DNA from: an uncultured Candidatus Saccharibacteria bacterium
GTDB lineage: Bacteria > Patescibacteriota > Minisyncoccia > Phycocordibacterales > UBA9973
Direction of reading: 5' to 3'
Length of the DNA stretch: 50,749 bases
Assembly: GCA_964484865.1 (NCBI GenBank)
Contig: CAZAFG010000002.1
Location: 1-50,749 of the forward strand
A model generated the notes under the pieces. That model did not search any database and was not told where the DNA came from. It saw only the letters and a list, made by a program, of their open reading frames with translations. Shown here one piece after another: positions 50,401 through 50,749 of the stretch. The position numbers and the translations under genes are program-made. The stretch's first letter is position 1; every line of letters starts with the position of its first letter.

Positions 50401-50749
50401 GATGGCGACCAATCAGACAGCAACGACAACCAAGAACTTACTTTTGTAACTGCTGGTGAAAACTCAAACTGTGTAGCTTACAATAAGATGCCAGTTGATG
50501 ATACTGATCCTATGTGTTACGAAGGAGAAGTTTACAACTCCGAATTAGGAGAATGTGTTCCTGCAGATAACGGAGGAAACGACGAACCTACTCCACAAAA
50601 ACATTCTTCTTCTGGTAGTCGAGTTGGTGGCGGACAAGGTGGTGAAGGAGAAGTCTTGGGTGCTACTACTGATGTATGTGAATTCTCAATCGATACATAC
50701 ATGAGAAAGGGCTACAAGAACGATACTGCGCAAGTAAAGGTAATGCAGA
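47449..50749 (+). CDS. giant secreted multidomain protein: PA14/fibro-slime domain, CBM-like domains, start of a PG-binding C-terminus; 3' end truncated by window edge
   Basis: Not in the ORF track because it is edge-truncated. I translated frame 1 from the ATG at 47449 to the end (1100 codons) with no stop. Signal peptide [33 protein letters not shown]. PA14/fibro-slime motif: NNFFPFD...[45 protein letters not shown]...[10 protein letters not shown]. DUF642-like segment: [11 protein letters not shown]...GW...EIQ...ELDG...[10 protein letters not shown]. Confidence 0.85.
   Translation, partial: [1100 protein letters not shown]

Noticed and set aside
1-50749. Alternative genetic code (UGA recoding, as in some CPR lineages)
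   Set aside because: All conserved genes are full length under the standard code. TGA terminates at least one well-defined ORF (47219-47221). Nothing indicates recoding.

Overview
This is a compact, gene-dense, AT-rich window of about 42 CDS. I found no rRNA, tRNA, CRISPR array, IS element or integrase. By inference only (no search was possible), it looks like a small-genome Patescibacteria/CPR-type bacterium: housekeeping proteins are shortened (LeuS 769 aa, DnaE 1068 aa, YchF 329 aa), transketolase is split, Shine-Dalgarno sites are absent, a type IV pilin-like gene is present, and many giant secreted proteins end in peptidoglycan-binding domains.

The core genes are lepA, murJ, leuS, ychF, dnaE, pth, lepB, hisS, def, fmt and hpf. 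A sugar-phosphate block holds a PfkB kinase, split tkt, an rpe-like gene, rpiB and gap.

About 31% of the window encodes six very large secreted repeat proteins:
- 12959-20685: three genes with beta-propeller, Ig-like and BspA-like repeats that share a C-terminal Cys-loop plus PG-binding cassette.
- 26730-31449: two paralogous tail-fibre-like proteins with Peptidase_S74 intramolecular-chaperone domains in a non-phage context. They share a 208-bp near-identical 5' repeat.
- 47449 to the window end: a PA14/fibro-slime multidomain protein, truncated by the edge.

The block at 38962-46037 contains three further units. One is an hpf gene with a 37-Cys zinc-ribbon protein. The second is a cupin phosphomannose-isomerase-like gene with three GH130 modules, one carrying a 43% lysine N-terminal tail. 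The third is a stand-alone cyanophycin-synthetase-like ATP-grasp gene preceded by an unusual structured leader.

The clearest sequence-level signal is regulatory. At 15 gene starts an extended -10 element (TGnTAnnnT) sits exactly 6-8 nt upstream of the start codon, which predicts mostly leaderless mRNAs. I used this to refine several start codons and transcription units.

All family assignments come from motif recognition by eye. Domain borders are approximate.
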